DNA of 62,327 nucleotides, filler included, from Vermamoeba vermiformis (taxonomy: Eukaryota): NCBI GenBank assembly GCA_045837725.1. It is 8 parts of 8 records of this genome, joined end to end, with 100 filler letters (N's around TTAATTAATTAA, not from the genome) between each part and the next. Parts side by side here need not be neighbours in the genome. Positions count along the whole stretch, not along the records: positions 58,103 to 62,327 come from JBEWZL010000067.1; 7 more parts are not named here. One strand, 5' to 3'. Of this stretch, positions 58,796 through 62,327 are shown one piece after another; position 1 is the stretch's first letter; each line of letters starts with the position of its first letter. The translations under genes and the position numbers were made by a program. The notes under the pieces were generated by a model, which did no database searches, was not told where the DNA came from, and was given only the letters and a program-made list of their open reading frames with translations.

Positions 58796-60595
58796 ACTTC
58801 GACAATTAAACTCAGTTCGAGTGGTCTGGGTCTTATTATAATCAGGTACGTAAACAAAATTTGCTTGGTCTAGTTTCACTAATCCAGATCTGATCGGAGA
58901 AAACTTGTCTTGCAAAGAACAAGTTGACATGGTGAAATTATTCGACCCACAAAAGAAGAAGTTTTTGAAATCAAAAAAGTTGAGGCAACACAAGGAAATT
59001 TCGATTCAACGATGGATTATGTGCCGAAAGCACGGCACACTAACAGAACAAATCAAATCTAGCTCGTCTATAAAACAACTTGCGTATTTTCCTTTCCTAT
59101 TTACTAACTAGACAACAAAATCGACGTCGTTATTCTATTATTATGATTTGTCACGTCTTCGATGGCAAAGACTTTAACTATTTTAGCCTATGGATGTAAG
59201 TAAGGGTTGAGGTGAAATACTCTTTGCTTTTTCTGTACTCTCAGTTACCGCTCCGCCAAGTGTGCTACAGTTTGGTCAAATGGTGCATTTATTTTTTTTA
59301 TCCACGCAATTCGAATAGGATTCGTGCAGCTATAATTCTAAACCTCATACTGCAAACGTGTCTCACAAACAAACACAGTTAGGAAGGGTAGGTTGAAGTA
59401 CACAACTTATGCGTCTCTACAAATAAATCAGGTATTTATTAATTTTCATTCATTTAGGTACGTCAATCATCGCAGATCGTAGCACCCAGAGCAAAACATT
59501 AGCAGTTTATTAGTTTAATGCATTTGCTTTCCAATCCGCGCTAGTTCAGCAATGATGACCAAATTTAGTAAAAATTGTAAAACATGGATGATCCGTGAAC
59601 AGACGCCAGAAATTTCTTTAATATGAGCCTCTTCTAAATATGGAGGTGGTACCGAGTGATATTTTCATTTGAGCAAGAGAGAAAGCACTATGGACAATCC
59701 AAATCGTAAGTTTTAAATCCTTTAACGACGGTACTAATGTGGATCCAGCTGTGCACGCACAAGTTGTAGTTTTCCTCTTCGTGTTAGCCCTGTTTATTCG
59801 CTTGAGGTTAGAGTACTGCCGTCGAATTTATATTCCAAAAAACATTGCTCATTATGAAGGTAAGTAGAGAGAGTCAAAATAATAGTCGTACTTACCCGGA
59901 TTCGCATTAAACTTAAATTAATAATGATTAATAATGATTAATAACTCTATAATAATGTAGGAGGTCCAGTAGAGAATAAGCTTAATTACATGGCCTTCGA
60001 AATATTTGCCGAATTTAACGATCTACTCCCCAACCACCTCAGATTGCAATTAGGAGACGAGGAGAACGCAAAAAACCTAGATAATAACACCTATTGGAAT
60101 TTGTTTTTGCTTATAGCTCAGTTTTTTGGATGGGTTCTGTTGGATGGCGACGAGAATAATTATATTTTGTATTACCCAGGGTGACGATCATCGCGATGTA
60201 AATAAACACTTCCTTGGCAATGAATATCTTCCATGTGGCAAGCCACGGTTACTGGAATGCAATGTTAATATCTGGATCCGCTAATTACTCGGGGTAGATC
60301 CCAGAGAAATTTAGTCAAATTTGCGCTGAGAGACGCAGCTACCTTGCCAGTAATTAATTATTAACGGGACGTTATTATAATATTAGTCCGTACCTGTTCA
60401 TAAGAAACGCAACAGATCCGTACTTTGCAATCCGGAAAAAACTTCGTTGCAACAAAGATTGAACTGTTGGAACAATATCCGCTTGGGCGAAAAACGGTGT
60501 CGTCCACACGTCATCAATCTGGAGCCTGGCGAGATTAAGGTTTTTTGCGAAGATCGGCGAACACTTTTAAACCACTTGCTTGCAAGCGAAGAGTC

Positions 60596-62081
60596 ATGGT
60601 TGATAACAGAAATGACCCAAATAAAACAATTAACTGTGCAATAAAAGAAGTATCGCCTACAAAAAGGAAGCGCTCCGAAATCAATTCAGAATCTGTCACG
60701 AAAAGCCAAGAAGAGTACGTAATCTTCGCTTGTAAAATAAGGCCCGTTGCTAAAAACCACCACACTCTATTTCTTGAAGTCACTTCCAATTGGAATAATT
60801 ACGACGCCGCATTCCAGTTTAATAATTTAAAATTTCAAAGGCAGGAAAACGACGCAAAACGTGCTCGCGTAACCCCCATAGAGGTAGAAAACTTTGATTC
60901 TGCTCTTGTTACTACGTCAGAACTTTTGGAACTGCATCACAATTTGGCCAACAATAACTATTTTAATTTTCAATTCTTTGATCCGACAGAGAAGATTTTA
61001 TATGCAAGCAAAAAAACGATAGGAACGAAACTTAAAGCAGAAAATGAAATATTCGAAAAAATTAAGCAAATTGGCCTGCCTTTAGAAGACGGAACAATTT
61101 TTCAACCTCGTACAGTTTACTGGCTATACATCTCACAACCCAATTGCTCATTGCATATTATGTCCTCAAAGCAAAAATCTTTAGATATCGAGGAAACTTA
61201 CAGGCATCAAGATTTCACTTTGTTTCAAATCCGGACACCAAAACAAGAAGGAAGACACGCGCTGGCATTTAATTCCGCCGGTTCCAGAACCGCAATTGCA
61301 GTGGTTGTATCCTCTTCTGACAAGTACGTAGCCATTAGTACGAAGCGATACTGACTTTATTCGGATCAGTTTGTCCAAGTGCGCAGATGCGAACGAAAAT
61401 CCAATTCCTTTTGTAAATATCAACATAGAGCCGACCGCGAGTTTAATGTATAACAATCAATTCGGCGATAACACTCAGGCCACAATCCTGCAAGCAATGA
61501 TTGTTTCATTCTGTAAAGACCAATTTGACACTCTGCGGTCGGTGCTAGAACGGTTAGAATTCACCAAACATGTCGAATCACGAGCCTGTCAATTATGGAG
61601 TCGTCATACTGAGTACCATTGGAACGTCTTAATCTACCCGACCTTTGGAATGGAGAATTTGTTTAGTTTCAAAGAACGTCTGTCATTGGTCGATGGCGTG
61701 CTGTTAATCCTGCCGCAGCAAAATGAACGCAGTTACGAAGTGTCAGACATTGAAATTTCAGACGGCAACAAACTTCCGTTATCGACAACGATAGGATTGT
61801 CCGAGAGTGTGCATACAACGACCTTGCCGCCGAGTGCTCAAGCAGTGGTCGCGTTGTTAAAGAAAGAACGCAGCACAAGCTACGAAGTCAGTGCCGTTCA
61901 TCAAAGCTCTCCAGATTATCTCGCGAGTTATATTCCGTCGTGGCTGACTATTGGACTAAAGGCGCGAAGTACCCCGCAAAATCTGTATTTGTGCTTCAAG
62001 TACGAAAAAACCGTCAAAGCGCTAACAGAATACGCACAATTAACGTTTGCTGCTCTAGGAGTTAATGTAGAGTTGGAATAG
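60596..62081 (+). CDS. Hypothetical protein, probably one gene with an intron near 61320-61370
   Basis: ORFs 60545-61354 and 61371-62081; NLS-like PTKRKRS; no recognised family. Confidence 0.55.
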
Positions 62082-62327
62082 TGTTATAGATGAATAAATA
62101 ACGCAATAAACAGCTGATGAAATGCATGACCTAATGAGGAAATTCTGGTTCGGAACCACTATTTGTCGTGCAGTACTTGCAATCATTGTATCTCTTTTTT
62201 TGTTTTCCCATGAAACAAGTGATAGGTCCGTCTCTTAATTGCTAAATAAGTTAATCTCCTTTCCGACGGAAGCGCATTAACCAGATCCGTGCCTTCAGGG
62301 GCACAGTACTGGATAGAGTGAAATTTA

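Noticed and set aside
59500-60500. Intron-like signals and short ORFs
   Set aside because: No consistent reading frame or recognisable product could be built.

Overview
Eukaryotic (protist-like) genomic DNA with short 45-60 nt GT-AG introns, a CTAA branch motif and TTAGGG telomeres. It is a concatenation of 8 contigs joined by artificial N44-TTAATTAATTAA-N44 linkers, so adjacency across linkers means nothing. Main result, contig 1: a compact ~7 kb cassette (4584-11453) encodes a near-complete, divergent SUMO-like conjugation pathway. It holds a UBA2-type E1, an SP-RING E3, a Ulp1 protease, a Ubc9 E2, a SUMO-like modifier ending GG-F and an SP-RING/RING fusion ligase. Three of these proteins share one SIM-like peptide, IV[YF]DLDLT, and the cassette abuts a Sola-like DDE transposase unit. 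Contig 2 is a cluster of two VWA-FN3-IFI44-like GTPases and three paralogs of an unrecognised domain, with TTCCAATTGGAA in their promoters. Contig 5 is a chromosome end with a 9-intron, mostly non-coding transcript, subtelomeric repeats and a (TTAGGG)n array. The rest is ordinary: COQ9, kelch and F-box proteins, receptor kinases, an ATG27/M6PR tail. All gene models were spliced and family calls made by eye; no database search was run.
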